Shown here in pieces: positions 1-9,754 of a stretch of DNA of 34,461 nt. The notes beneath the pieces were generated by a model. The model saw only the letters and a program-made list of their open reading frames with translations, ran no database searches and was not told the DNA's origin. A program made the position numbers and the translations under genes. Origin of the DNA: an uncultured Enterobacteriaceae bacterium (GTDB lineage Bacteria; Pseudomonadota; Gammaproteobacteria; Eutrophobiales; Eutrophobiaceae); NCBI GenBank assembly GCA_964504725.1, contig CAZDFI010000013.1, positions 1,192-35,652 of the forward strand. Reading direction: 5' to 3'. The number at the start of each line of letters is the position of its first letter. Position 1 is the first letter of the stretch.

Positions 1-403
1 CACCAATCTGAGCGATGTCTGAACCGACAGGACCCATGCTGAACGGGACGACATACATGGTGCGACCTTTCATGCAGCCTGAGAACATGCCGTTCATTGT
101 TTCACGCATCTCTGCAGGATCAGCCCAGTTGTTGGTAGGGCCTGCATCTTCTTCTTTTGCTGAACAGATGTACGTGCGATCCTCAACACGTGCTACATCA
201 GCAGGGATTGAATTAACGTGGTAGCTGTTAGGGCGTTTTTCCTCGTTCAGCTTACGGGCAGTACCGCCTTTGACCATAATATCCCACATGGCATCCCACT
301 CTGCATCTGATCCATCACACCATACGATGTTATCTGGCTGACATAAGGTGGCCATATCATCAACCCAGGCCAGTAACTTCTTATTGTTCGAACTAGAACT
401 CAT
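1..403 (-). CDS. pckG: Phosphoenolpyruvate carboxykinase (GTP-type), N-terminal ~134 codons; the gene runs off the left edge
   Basis: My reverse translation from the ATG (cat at 401-403) reads [37 protein letters not shown]...[57 protein letters not shown]. This matches the conserved N-terminal region of GTP-dependent PEPCK. A GAGAGGAG Shine-Dalgarno (complement of 410-417) lies 6 nt upstream. It is absent from the ORF track because it is open at the window edge. Confidence 0.9.
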   Translation of the reverse strand, partial: MSSSSNNKKLLAWVDDMATLCQPDNIVWCDGSDAEWDAMWDIMVKGGTARKLNEEKRPNSYHVNSIPADVARVEDRTYICSAKEEDAGPTNNWADPAEMRETMNGMFSGCMKGRTMYVVPFSMGPVGSDIAQIG

Positions 404-628
404 GTTTAACTCCTCTCAAGTACGTTTCTAAGATTATTAAAGTGTATAAACCATTCGTCGATGACGAGTCACCGAATTAAAAATTCTTTTTAAACTTTAT
501 TGTTTTACTTTCTGGACTTGTTCCAGGCCCCGAATAGTTCTTCAGAATCGTATTCGTTCAATGGGCCTTCTTTGAAGAAGTGCCTGATACAGGTAATAAT
601 ATGCTGCACAGCAACATAGTATTAATGC

Positions 629-2668
629 TCAGGAGGGATTGTTCAAGTTTTTCTGTAGCAAATCAAGACTTAAGATTGGTTCTAAACACTGATGTCCCCG
701 GCAAATATAGGCCACTATCTCGGTTCCAGAGGTCTGTTTCCCAAGTAAACCCGGTAGTTCAGGGGTATTCTTGGGAATACACATGAACAAATTATAAGGT
801 TGTTTATTTTTTCGGTAAATCTCAATCCACGGGGTTATGTCTCCTTCCCCATGGCGAATAATAGTACTTTGGGGTGGGTATAAATGTTCATCCAGCGCAT
901 GAAGTAAGGTGTTATGAGCCGAGGGATATCGCTCAATTGAGGACCAGGCGGCTCGAAGCGTCGATTCTGATGCGTTCAGATATCTCGATTCACCGAGTAA
1001 ATGGCCAAGCCTGGCAAGACTACTGGCTGCGATTCCATTGCCAGAAGGGATGGCATCATCCATAAAAGTTTTACTTCGCTGAATCAACTTTTCATGGTCA
1101 TGCGAGGTGAAAAAGAACCCACCGTGTTCTTTATCTTCGAATGAATCCAGTAATTCATCAGCCAGTTGAATCGCCATGGCCAACCATCTTCGATCCCAGC
1201 GACATTGTAAAAGAGCCAGTATGGCATCGATGAGAAAGGCATAGTCATCTAAATAGGCATTTAGATGTGCCTTCCCCTCTCTATAAGTGGCGAGTAATTT
1301 CCCGTCTGTGTATAAATTTTGATGAATAAATTCTACAGCCTTTTCTGCTGACGTCAGATATCGATCATTATTAAAGGTAAAAGCTGCAGTGGCCATGCCC
1401 TTAATCATCAGTGCATTCCATGAGGTCAGGATCTTGTCATCACAATCCGGACGGACGCGCATCGCACGTTGTTGCAATAGTTTTACTCTGGTTTGCTTCA
1501 GTACTTGTAGCGTTTCCTTATCAGTCGTTTCTTGCATGACTCGCAAATGCCATTTGCCTTCAAAATTTGGTTCCTGATCCAGACCATAGTGTTTTGCGAC
1601 AATGGTAAATTCCTCATTGCTTAATAATTCTCTAACTTCGTCCTTATCCCAGGCATAATATTTTCCTTCTACCCCTTCGGAGTCAGCATCCAGACTGGAA
1701 TAATATCCGCCTTCAGGGCTTTGCATTTCGTCAATAATCCAGTTTGCCGTTCCAGCGGCGATATCCTGATACAAAGGTTCCTGGGTGATTTGCCATGTCT
1801 GGCTGTAGACCGTCAGCAGCAAGCCATTGTCATAAAGCATCTTCTCAAAATGCGGGATCATCCATTCTCTATCGACAGAATAGCGATAAAAACCACCACC
1901 AAGTTGATCATAAAGACCGCCAAGCGCCATTTTACTGAGCGTTAGATCCACCATATTGATGGCCTGATTTTTAATACTATTATTTCTCAAGTGTTGCCGA
2001 AGCAGGTGTTCAAGATTTGCGGGATGAGGAAACTTGGGGGCACCGCCGAAACCGCCACATTGCAAATCAAAACTTTGATGCAATTGTTGTGTCGCAGTTT
2101 CCAGCGGTTCTGGATTCAATACTGTTACTTCATCAGGTGCTACCTGCTGGTTCATACTTTGCAGGCTCAACATAAAAGAATTATTTTGTGTGGCAATGGT
2201 TGCTTTTTCTTGCTGATAGAAATCAGCAATTCTTGCTAAGAGCTCTTTGAAGCCGGGCAAACCGAATTTTGATTCGAGAGGGAAATAGGTTCCGCCAAAA
2301 AAGGGAATATGGTCTTTCGGTGAAAGGAACATGGTCAAAGGCCAGCCGCCTGTTTTTTGTGTCAACATTTGTTGCGCGGTTTGGTATATCTTGTCGATAT
2401 CCGGTCTTTCTTCTCTATCAACTTTAATATTAATGAAATGCGCATTCATGATTTCAGCGGTTTCAACATCTTCAAATGATTCATGCGCCATAACGTGACA
2501 CCAGTGGCAGGCAGAATAACCAATCGAAAGCAGAATGGGTTTGTCTTCATCAATCGCCTTGTTCAAGGCGGTCTCATTCCAGGCATACCAATCGACCGGA
2601 TTATCAGCATGTTGAAGTAAATAAGGGCTGGTCTCATCAGCAAGACTGTTTTTGGTGTGTTTAGGCAT
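629..2668 (-). CDS. Thioredoxin-domain protein of the DUF255/YyaL type (N-terminal thioredoxin-like domain plus an alpha-toroid, N-acylglucosamine-epimerase-like domain)
   Basis: The N-terminus [19 protein letters not shown]...[20 protein letters not shown]...[12 protein letters not shown] is the typical DUF255 signature. I prefer the start at MPKHTK (cat 2666-2668) over the track start at 2701. Confidence 0.85.
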   Translation of the reverse strand: MPKHTKNSLADETSPYLLQHADNPVDWYAWNETALNKAIDEDKPILLSIGYSACHWCHVMAHESFEDVETAEIMNAHFINIKVDREERPDIDKIYQTAQQMLTQKTGGWPLTMFLSPKDHIPFFGGTYFPLESKFGLPGFKELLARIADFYQQEKATIATQNNSFMLSLQSMNQQVAPDEVTVLNPEPLETATQQLHQSFDLQCGGFGGAPKFPHPANLEHLLRQHLRNNSIKNQAINMVDLTLSKMALGGLYDQLGGGFYRYSVDREWMIPHFEKMLYDNGLLLTVYSQTWQITQEPLYQDIAAGTANWIIDEMQSPEGGYYSSLDADSEGVEGKYYAWDKDEVRELLSNEEFTIVAKHYGLDQEPNFEGKWHLRVMQETTDKETLQVLKQTRVKLLQQRAMRVRPDCDDKILTSWNALMIKGMATAAFTFNNDRYLTSAEKAVEFIHQNLYTDGKLLATYREGKAHLNAYLDDYAFLIDAILALLQCRWDRRWLAMAIQLADELLDSFEDKEHGGFFFTSHDHEKLIQRSKTFMDDAIPSGNGIAASSLARLGHLLGESRYLNASESTLRAAWSSIERYPSAHNTLLHALDEHLYPPQSTIIRHGEGDITPWIEIYRKNKQPYNLFMCIPKNTPELPGLLGKQTSGTEIVAYICRGHQCLEPILSLDLLQKNLNNPS

Positions 2669-2765
2669 ACCGAAAGAATAGCAGTTTCCTCGTGGGAACA
2701 ATATTATTTTCAGTCTGAATAATTCTGGCTTAATTGTTTAGGCATGATGTTAAACTTCGAATCCT

Positions 2766-3566
2766 ATGTTGAGTTATCCAGATATTGATCCCGTCGCCCT
2801 TGCCCTTGGTCCAATAAAAATTCATTGGTATGGCATCACCTATGTTGTCGGCATAGTGACGGCGTGGTTATTGTTACGTTGGAGAGCCGATAAAAACCCG
2901 CTGTTTGGTTGGAACAGAAACCATATTGATGACATGGTGTTTTTCGCCACGCTGGGTGTGATCGTTGGTGGTCGTTTGGGTTCGGTGTTGTTTTATAACC
3001 TGCCTTATTATCTTGATCATCCGGTAGATATTTTCAAAATCAACCAGGGTGGGATGTCATTTCATGGTGGTTTGATCGGTGTATTGCTTGCAATGGTCTG
3101 GTTTGCACGGAAGACGGACTCCGGATTTTTTAATGTGATAGATTTTATCGCACCTGTTGTGCCAATCGGCCTGGGATGCGGCCGGATTGGTAATTTTATT
3201 AATGGCGAGCTTTGGGGTGCGCCATCGACCTTGCCTTGGGCAATGATATTTCCTGACTCACGTGCAGGTGCAATCGCCAGACATCCTTCACAATTATATG
3301 AAGCCTTACTGGAAGGTTTATTACTGTTTATTATCCTATGGTTATATTCCTCTAAACCACGTCCGATGATGGCGGTATCCGGATTATTTCTACTGGGTTA
3401 CGGTGTTTTCCGTTTTAGCGTGGAGTTTGTACGCGTACCAGATGCACACATTGGTTATCTGGCTTTCGGGTGGGTAACAATGGGACAGGTACTTTCATTT
3501 CCTATGATCATTCTTGGGTGCGTGTCGTTGGTTTGGGCATATAGGAAAGAAAATGTAGGTAGGTAG
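2766..3566 (+). CDS. lgt: Prolipoprotein diacylglyceryl transferase
   Basis: The product is 266 aa and polytopic, with [35 protein letters not shown] and HPSQLYE motifs. It sits immediately upstream of thyA, the classical lgt-thyA arrangement. Confidence 0.95.
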   Translation: MLSYPDIDPVALALGPIKIHWYGITYVVGIVTAWLLLRWRADKNPLFGWNRNHIDDMVFFATLGVIVGGRLGSVLFYNLPYYLDHPVDIFKINQGGMSFHGGLIGVLLAMVWFARKTDSGFFNVIDFIAPVVPIGLGCGRIGNFINGELWGAPSTLPWAMIFPDSRAGAIARHPSQLYEALLEGLLLFIILWLYSSKPRPMMAVSGLFLLGYGVFRFSVEFVRVPDAHIGYLAFGWVTMGQVLSFPMIILGCVSLVWAYRKENVGR

Positions 3567-3618
3567 TAGGTGGTAGGTGTTGTTTCTCCAACCTACTATC
3601 TGCAACCTACCACCTACT
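3565..3618 (+). terminator. Perfect 14-bp-stem hairpin overlapping the lgt stop codon; likely transcript-end or REP-like element
   Basis: AGTAGGTGGTAGGT (3565-3578) is the exact reverse complement of ACCTACCACCTACT (3605-3618). It is built from GTAGGT-like words that start inside the last lgt codons (3555 onward). There is no clear T-tract, so intrinsic-terminator function is uncertain. Confidence 0.55.
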
Positions 3619-3650
3619 TGCTCATTTAATTAATTTAATGTGATGAACAA

Positions 3651-4445
3651 ATGAAACAATATCTGGATTTAATGAAACACGTCAAAGAACATGGCGTCAA
3701 AAAAGAAGACAGAACAGGTACCGGGACATTAAGCGTGTTTGGTTATCAAATGCGTTTTAATTTACAGGATGGTTTTCCTGCAATGACCACCAAGAAGCTT
3801 CATTTCAAATCTATCATTCATGAATTACTCTGGTTCCTTAATGGCGAAACGAATATTCAGTATTTAAAAGATAATGGTGTCAGTATCTGGGATGAATGGG
3901 CCGATGAAAATGGCGATCTGGGTCCGGTCTATGGTGCGCAATGGCGTAGCTGGAAAACGGTTGAGGGTAAAACAGTCGATCAGATATCAGATGTGATCGA
4001 ACAAATTAAAATTAATCCGGACTCACGCCGATTGATTGTCAGTGCCTGGAATGTTGGTGAGCTGGATCAAATGGCCTTGATGCCTTGTCATGCTTTTTTT
4101 CAGTTCTATGTTGCCGACGGCAAACTTTCATGTCAGTTATACCAGCGCAGTGCAGATATTTTTCTTGGCGTACCATTTAATATAGCGTCCTATGCCTTGT
4201 TAACGATGATGGTTGCGCAGGTCTGTGAGCTGAAGCCGGGTGATTTTGTGCATACCCTGGGTGATGCGCATCTTTATCTTAATCATTTGGGGCAGGTTGA
4301 TGAACAACTATCACGTCAACCTCTTGCATTACCAGAGATGAGAATTAATGCGGAGATCAATTCGATCTTTGATTTCAAATATGAAGATTTTGAATTGCTG
4401 AACTATGAATCATATCCTGCTATACCAGCACCAATCGCTGTCTAA
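3651..4445 (+). CDS. thyA: Thymidylate synthase (ThyA type)
   Basis: 264 aa with [12 protein letters not shown], catalytic [13 protein letters not shown], and [20 protein letters not shown]. Confidence 0.97.
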   Translation: MKQYLDLMKHVKEHGVKKEDRTGTGTLSVFGYQMRFNLQDGFPAMTTKKLHFKSIIHELLWFLNGETNIQYLKDNGVSIWDEWADENGDLGPVYGAQWRSWKTVEGKTVDQISDVIEQIKINPDSRRLIVSAWNVGELDQMALMPCHAFFQFYVADGKLSCQLYQRSADIFLGVPFNIASYALLTMMVAQVCELKPGDFVHTLGDAHLYLNHLGQVDEQLSRQPLALPEMRINAEINSIFDFKYEDFELLNYESYPAIPAPIAV

Positions 4446-4451
4446 ATTATT

Positions 4452-4937
4452 ATGATCATTTCTATCATCGCTGCGATGGATATAAAAGGGGTGATTGGTC
4501 TTGAGGGTGCTCTACCCTGGTACCTGTCTGCAGATCTAAAACGTTTCAAGGCGGTGACCATGGGTAAGCCTTTAATCATGGGTCGCAAAACACATGAGTC
4601 TATTGGTCGTCCCTTACCAGGCAGGAAGAATATTGTCTTAACCCAGTCGCAAGAATTTAAAGCTGAAGGTTGTACGGTGGTTCATTCACTGGAAGAAGCA
4701 TTGCTTGTAGCGGGGGAAGTTGATGAAGTTATGGTTATGGGAGGTTCGGGCATTTATGATCAGTCTTTAAATCGTGCTAATCGTCTCTATATAACAGAAG
4801 TGCATGCCGATGTAAGCGGGGATGTTTATTTTCCTGAGTTTGACATTGGAGAGTGGGTTGAGATTGAGCGGGAGGATCATTCTGCAGATGATAAGAATGA
4901 TTTTGATTATAGTTTTGTAGTGATGGAGAGAAAGTAG
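4452..4937 (+). CDS. folA: Dihydrofolate reductase
   Basis: 161 aa with IAAMD..GVIG..LPW.L..DLKRFK..T.GKPLIMGRKT.ESIGRPLPGR.NIVL. It starts 6 nt after thyA. Confidence 0.95.
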   Translation: MIISIIAAMDIKGVIGLEGALPWYLSADLKRFKAVTMGKPLIMGRKTHESIGRPLPGRKNIVLTQSQEFKAEGCTVVHSLEEALLVAGEVDEVMVMGGSGIYDQSLNRANRLYITEVHADVSGDVYFPEFDIGEWVEIEREDHSADDKNDFDYSFVVMERK

Positions 4938-5159
4938 CAGGCTTCTGCGCCTGAACAAATGCCTCCAGAACTACTCAATTCCACAAAGTACTTCCCTGTA
5001 CTTTGCTGCTTCGTGACTGAAAGTGTACGTTCAAATAGATGTAATCAGTGCTTATAGACTGAGTAAATCTCAGGTTTCAGCTACACTTAGTGGTAAATAT
5101 CACACATCAATAGTAAGGCAAAAGACAAGAAGATACGCTGCCTGGACCAATAATCACTA

Positions 5160-5762
5160 ATGATAAAGAAACTCATATTTACATCCCTTTTGTTAATGGG
5201 ACCATTTATTTATGGGGCTGAGTTAGAACCATTTGTATCAATGTGTACTTCTAATGGGGCGACCGGATTTAATTGGGAGAAAAACCATTGGAGACAAACA
5301 GATTTCAACCTAAAGAAATTTTTAGTAAAGAAGATAAAAAACACCTCTATAAATGAAGTAAATATTAATGATGATAATGAAAAATATTTTTTAGCTTCTA
5401 CATGCAAGGAGCATGTAAATGAGAAACCACTCGTAGATAAAGAATCAGGCATAACTTATTATTTTGTTTGTATCAGCACTAAAGATGTTGATAGTAAAGT
5501 CTGGCATCCTAATAAATGTTATGAAACTCATTACTCAGATGATTTTGGTGCTGAATTCGAGCAGTTTCTGAACCATAAAGGAAAGATAAAGTTTACCTGT
5601 GAGACAGGAATTACTACTAATCTTGTTTTTGCAAAAAATGGAAATTTTACTGAGATAAAGAGTCACGCTGATATATTTGAACCAACAGATCACAAAGAGA
5701 GCCTGGCTATAACTGTAGGCACATGTTCAGATACGACGATTAACCAAAACTTGAATGATTGA
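5160..5762 (+). CDS. Hypothetical exported protein (six Cys, no recognised family)
   Basis: An N-terminal signal peptide MIKKLIFTSLLLMGPFIYG/AE is present. The ORF is markedly more AT-rich than its neighbours; for example, 5281-5340 is about 25% GC by hand count. I recognise no motif. Confidence 0.55.
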   Translation: MIKKLIFTSLLLMGPFIYGAELEPFVSMCTSNGATGFNWEKNHWRQTDFNLKKFLVKKIKNTSINEVNINDDNEKYFLASTCKEHVNEKPLVDKESGITYYFVCISTKDVDSKVWHPNKCYETHYSDDFGAEFEQFLNHKGKIKFTCETGITTNLVFAKNGNFTEIKSHADIFEPTDHKESLAITVGTCSDTTINQNLND

Positions 5763-6046
5763 TCGCTATCAGAAAATCAATATTTATTGCCATGTATGTC
5801 CGCTTTTGCGGGATAATCGACCATCACCTTTAGATTGAATGCAAACGGTCAGATCTAGATTCTAGACGGCAAACTAAACCATCAATCCCCTCAAATTATT
5901 TTCCTGACGTAGTGTAATGCAAGCCAAAATAATCCCCTGATTCTGATATGTGATCACCTTAACAAAGTAAGACTCTGCAGGTGTTTATTAAGCATGATAA
6001 TAAATACGCCGCCGCAAATTGCTTTATAAATGTGTACACTAGAAGC

Positions 6047-7870
6047 ATGCGCGGACATGGTGATAACACAACGAACAATAGATGGTCGGGAGACTGGACG
6101 GCGATAAAAAGTCTTATCCCCTATTTTATGGAATTCAGGGGGCGGGTATTTTTGGCCTTGCTGTTTTTACTGCTCGCCAAGCTGGCAAACGTCATGATCC
6201 CCTTTGTCATGAAAAATATTGTCGATGCACTGGACTCCAACCAGTCCCAGATCATTGTTGTGCCAATAATATTTCTGGCTATGTACGGTGTGCTACGACT
6301 GGGGACTATTTTGTTTGGCGAGATCCGCGATACGATCTTTGGTCGTGTCACCGAACATGCCATGCACCGCATTGGCCTGAAGTTGTTTAAACATCTGCAT
6401 GCTCTGGATTTGGATTTTCATCTGTCGCGGCGTACCGGTGGCATGGCGCGAGATATCGAGCGCGGGACCAACGGTATCAATTTCCTGATGCGTTTTATGT
6501 TGTTCAACATTATTCCGACGTTGTTGGAAATCTCCCTCATAGCCGTCATTCTTCTGGTTAACTATAGCGTCTGGTACGCTGTCATCATCGTCGTCGCCGT
6601 TGCCATCTATATTGTCTATTCCGTCGTCCTCACTGAATGGCGAACCAGTATTGTGCGGCAAATGAATGAGATGGATAACCAGGCCAATACCCGTGCCATC
6701 GACAGTCTGCTTAATTTCGAAACGGTAAAATATTTTGGCAATGAGGACTATGAGGCAGAGCAATATGATAAAAACCTGACAGGCTGGGAGAAGGCCCGGG
6801 CCAGAAACAGGTTATCCATGGCTGCGTTGAACTCCGGCCAGGCCTTTGTTATCGCTGCTTCCATTACGGCAATAATGACGCTTGCTGCCATCGACGTCAG
6901 TACAGGTGTGATGACCCTCGGCGACCTGGTGTTGGTTAATGCCTACATGTTGCAATTATTCATCCCGCTTAACTTTCTCGGTTTTGTTTATCGCGAAATC
7001 AAACGTGCACTGGCGGATATTGAACATATGTTCTTGCTGTTAGGTAAAGAGACCAGGATCAAAGACAAACCTGACGCTGGCGATCTGGTGCTCAACGGTG
7101 GAGAAGTACGATTTGAGCATGTCAGTTTTGGCTATAAGGAAGACCGACAGATCCTGAACGACGTGTCTTTTGAAATTCCAGCGGGGAAAAAGGTCGCCGT
7201 CGTCGGCCCAAGCGGCGCAGGAAAATCGACCATCGCCCGTTTACTATTTCGCTTTTACGATGTGGATGCAGGCCGGATCACGATTAACAATCAAGACATT
7301 CGTGATTTGACTCAACATAGCCTGCGCTCAGCCATCGGAGTCGTCCCGCAGGACACGGTCCTGTTTAATAACAACATCTACTACAACATCGCCTACGGCA
7401 GGCCAGACGCAGGCAGAGAAGACATCGAGAAAGCGGCACGGCTTGCGCATCTGGATCAGTTTATCGGACAGCTTCCTCAGGGCTACGATACGCTGGTAGG
7501 CGAACGTGGCCTGAAGGTATCCGGTGGCGAGAAGCAACGCATTGCCATTGCCAGGATGTTACTTAAAAATCCTGGCATCATGATATTTGATGAGGCGACA
7601 TCCTCACTCGACTCCGGCTCTGAGCAGGCCATACTGGAAGCATTGCGTGAGGTGGCGGAGAGTAATACGACATTGGTCATCGCCCATCGCCTGTCAACAA
7701 TAGTTGATGCAGATCACATCGTCGTGTTGGATCAGGGGTGGGTGGTCGAACAGGGGACACATTTTGATCTTCTCGCCAGGCAAGGTGTCTATGCCAGTCT
7801 ATGGGAGCTGCAACAACGTGAAGCTCAAGAGTCTGATGATCTCCTGGCAGTGGCAAATATCAAATTGTAG
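6047..7870 (+). CDS. ABC transporter, fused permease/ATPase of the ATM1/HMT1 (AtmA-like) type
   Basis: Six-TM exporter domain followed by Walker A GPSGAGKST, signature VSGGEKQRIAIAR and Walker B IMIFDEATSSLD. The overall N-terminal pattern (LIPYF...FLALLFLLLAKL) is Atm1-like. I prefer the ATG at 6047 (MRGHGD) over the GTG at 5981. Confidence 0.88.
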   Translation: MRGHGDNTTNNRWSGDWTAIKSLIPYFMEFRGRVFLALLFLLLAKLANVMIPFVMKNIVDALDSNQSQIIVVPIIFLAMYGVLRLGTILFGEIRDTIFGRVTEHAMHRIGLKLFKHLHALDLDFHLSRRTGGMARDIERGTNGINFLMRFMLFNIIPTLLEISLIAVILLVNYSVWYAVIIVVAVAIYIVYSVVLTEWRTSIVRQMNEMDNQANTRAIDSLLNFETVKYFGNEDYEAEQYDKNLTGWEKARARNRLSMAALNSGQAFVIAASITAIMTLAAIDVSTGVMTLGDLVLVNAYMLQLFIPLNFLGFVYREIKRALADIEHMFLLLGKETRIKDKPDAGDLVLNGGEVRFEHVSFGYKEDRQILNDVSFEIPAGKKVAVVGPSGAGKSTIARLLFRFYDVDAGRITINNQDIRDLTQHSLRSAIGVVPQDTVLFNNNIYYNIAYGRPDAGREDIEKAARLAHLDQFIGQLPQGYDTLVGERGLKVSGGEKQRIAIARMLLKNPGIMIFDEATSSLDSGSEQAILEALREVAESNTTLVIAHRLSTIVDADHIVVLDQGWVVEQGTHFDLLARQGVYASLWELQQREAQESDDLLAVANIKL

Positions 7871-7969
7871 AAGCAAAAAAGAGGTCATTATCAAGACGAA
7901 ACCGATCCTGGTAGTGGATCCATCGATATAAACAAGTAATATCTTCTTATTTAATCAACGGGGATAATC

Positions 7970-8428
7970 ATGTTACGTTTTACAATATCATCGATCTTTA
8001 TTGCTTTATTGAGCATTGCTTGCTCGGCAGAAGAATCAAAATCTGTATCTGATCTACCCATCGTTCGGGTTTATAAGTCTCCGACTTGTGGGTGTTGTAG
8101 CAAGTGGGTTTCTCACCTTGAGGCGAACGGTTTTACGGTTGAGGCTACTGATGTGAATGATATAAACCTGATAAAAAGTAGCTTTGGTATTCCTCCAGCA
8201 CTTGCTTCTTGCCACACGGCTGTCATCGGGGATTATCTTGTTGAAGGGCATGTGTCTGCTGAAGATATTGTTCAATTGCTTAAACAAAAACCAGTGATTA
8301 AAGGGATTGCTGTCCCCGGTATGCCCATCGGTTCTCCCGGTATGGAAGGGCGTAATCCTCAAGCCTATGATGTTATCTCTTTTGATGCACAAGGAGAGAC
8401 AGAAGTTTTCTCCCGTCACCATCCATAA
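7970..8428 (+). CDS. copG: CopG-type periplasmic metal-binding protein (DUF411)
   Basis: Signal peptide, then YKSPTCGCCSKW (CxCC motif), CHTAVI..Y.VEGHV and VPGMPIGSPGMEG, the hallmark DUF411/CopG motifs. Confidence 0.85.
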   Translation: MLRFTISSIFIALLSIACSAEESKSVSDLPIVRVYKSPTCGCCSKWVSHLEANGFTVEATDVNDINLIKSSFGIPPALASCHTAVIGDYLVEGHVSAEDIVQLLKQKPVIKGIAVPGMPIGSPGMEGRNPQAYDVISFDAQGETEVFSRHHP

Positions 8429-8475
8429 AATTTAACAGAAGACGGTTTGTAAACTACGATAACCAAACGATTTCA

Positions 8476-8883
8476 TCATGTACCCTGAATGATTATGATG
8501 ACCCACATAGCAATCACCAAAAAATTACTCAGCATAAATGCTGTTAGTCGATGATATACTTTGTTGTAGCTAAGGTGTATATATGCGTGAATACCCCGGA
8601 GAACGACATACCCCCAACCCAGATAAACTAACAAAGCGCCATCTAGTTTTAAAAGCAAAGCGGTTAAACAGGCAACGTAAAACAAGGTCGGCATTTCGAA
8701 GAGATTAGCCAAACAGCGTGTTGTTTTTGTGACATCAGACGGTGCACCTGTTCCATCGTATAACTCAAAGAACCCGATTTTTAAATTCCCTGCGCTGACT
8801 TGCTTGACTCGGGCATAAAGAACCAATGGTGCAATACAGATTGTCAAAATCACCATGCCAAATAATGGATATAGAATATTCAT
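8476..8883 (-). CDS. MAPEG-family inner-membrane protein (YecN-like)
   Basis: About 135 aa with 3-4 TM segments and the pattern R..AN..E..P.F...L...L......LGW.YV.LR..H. AAGGAG lies 8 nt upstream of the ATG at 8883. The track start at 8892 is a GTG. Confidence 0.7.
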   Translation of the reverse strand: MNILYPLFGMVILTICIAPLVLYARVKQVSAGNLKIGFFELYDGTGAPSDVTKTTRCLANLFEMPTLFYVACLTALLLKLDGALLVYLGWGYVVLRGIHAYIHLSYNKVYHRLTAFMLSNFLVIAMWVIIIIQGT

Positions 8884-8912
8884 GGGCAGCACTCCTTCTT
8901 CATTTCAATCAG

Positions 8913-9071
8913 GGAAGGTCTGAACAAGTTGCAAAATTCATTTAGTCGTCATTCTGGCGTAGGCCAGAACACCCCTCAAGGGGGTACCGAGGTCCGGTCC
9001 AGTCAAAATAATTGTTTACTGGATGCTGGTATTCACCAGCATGACGATAAAGATACTTAATCAGACCTTCC
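8913..9071. repeat. About 159-bp nested palindromic (MITE/REP-like) element
   Basis: The 11-bp terminal inverted repeat is GGAAGGTCTGA (8913-8923) / TCAGACCTTCC (9061-9071). Inside are two inverted copies of a hairpin module: TCGTCATTCTGGCGTAGGCCAGAAC (8946-8970) and, as the reverse complement of 9019-9047, TCGTCATGCTGGTGAATACCAGCATCCAG. A central ACCCCtcaaGGGGT palindrome lies at 8971-8984. Confidence 0.45.
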
Positions 9072-9244
9072 TTAGGAATATAACCGTACTTTAAAAAGAC
9101 AGATTGAGCATAGCCACTATATGCGGAGTATCCAATTTAAGTGCTGGCTCAGCGTACTTATGTAAAGAAATTAGCCTGGTACAGTATCGTTATTTTAGAA
9201 AGAAACATATTTCATCAAGCAATTTTTTCCCTTAGAATCCCGCG

Positions 9245-9652
9245 ATGCGTTTTTTCCGTCGTCACAAAAATCTGAGAATTCACCTGTACCTGATCGGTCT
9301 GGCTGTTGTCCTGCGTTCATTCATTGCGCCGGGTTATATGCTCAGTATTTCGGCTGATGGTGGCTTGGGTCTTGCTTTTTGTGATGGCCCTGTGGCTGTG
9401 TATCAGGTAGATAAATCACATGATCACCATGATGGTCACGATGGGAGTGATAGAGCGGCGGAGAGTCATATTTCGACTGGCTGCAGCTTTTGGTCAACCA
9501 GTAGTCTGTTGGTTCTCAACACTGCTCTGGAAGCTGAACCGGTCATTGTTAGCAGATACCAGGATCAAACCACCTATCAATCACTAAACCTTCACACAAT
9601 TATTGCCAACTCCCGCGTCATTCGCGGTCCTCCTGTTTCTTTCTTTAGCTGA
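9245..9652 (+). CDS. Hypothetical membrane-anchored His-rich protein, DUF2946-like
   Basis: An N-terminal TM segment is followed by RSFIAPGYM...LAFCDG, which resembles the LIPxGYM...C pattern I associate with DUF2946. A His-rich stretch follows: DKSHDHHDGHDGSDRAAESH. The Shine-Dalgarno is weak. Confidence 0.5.
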   Translation: MRFFRRHKNLRIHLYLIGLAVVLRSFIAPGYMLSISADGGLGLAFCDGPVAVYQVDKSHDHHDGHDGSDRAAESHISTGCSFWSTSSLLVLNTALEAEPVIVSRYQDQTTYQSLNLHTIIANSRVIRGPPVSFFS

Positions 9653-9754
9653 ATCAAACTCAAAAACTTTGTGATTCTTTAATGGATCATAGTTACGTTT
9701 AGTCAGGCGCTTGCAAGCATGACGTGCTATTTATTATAGGAAGAATTTTTAAAT

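Noticed and set aside
15-224. 69-aa plus-strand ORF at the left edge
   Set aside because: It lies entirely antisense to the strongly supported pckG N-terminus and has no motif or Shine-Dalgarno. It is a shadow ORF.
2753-2765. CTTCGAATCC, a tRNA T-loop-like string (also GTTCGAAC at 384-391)
   Set aside because: No acceptor, D or anticodon arms can be built around either. One lies in the lgt promoter/5' region and the other inside pckG.
3555-3580. GTAGGT word repeats considered as a CRISPR array or microsatellite
   Set aside because: It is a single short run forming one arm of a hairpin. There are no spacer-repeat periodicity and no cas genes in the window.
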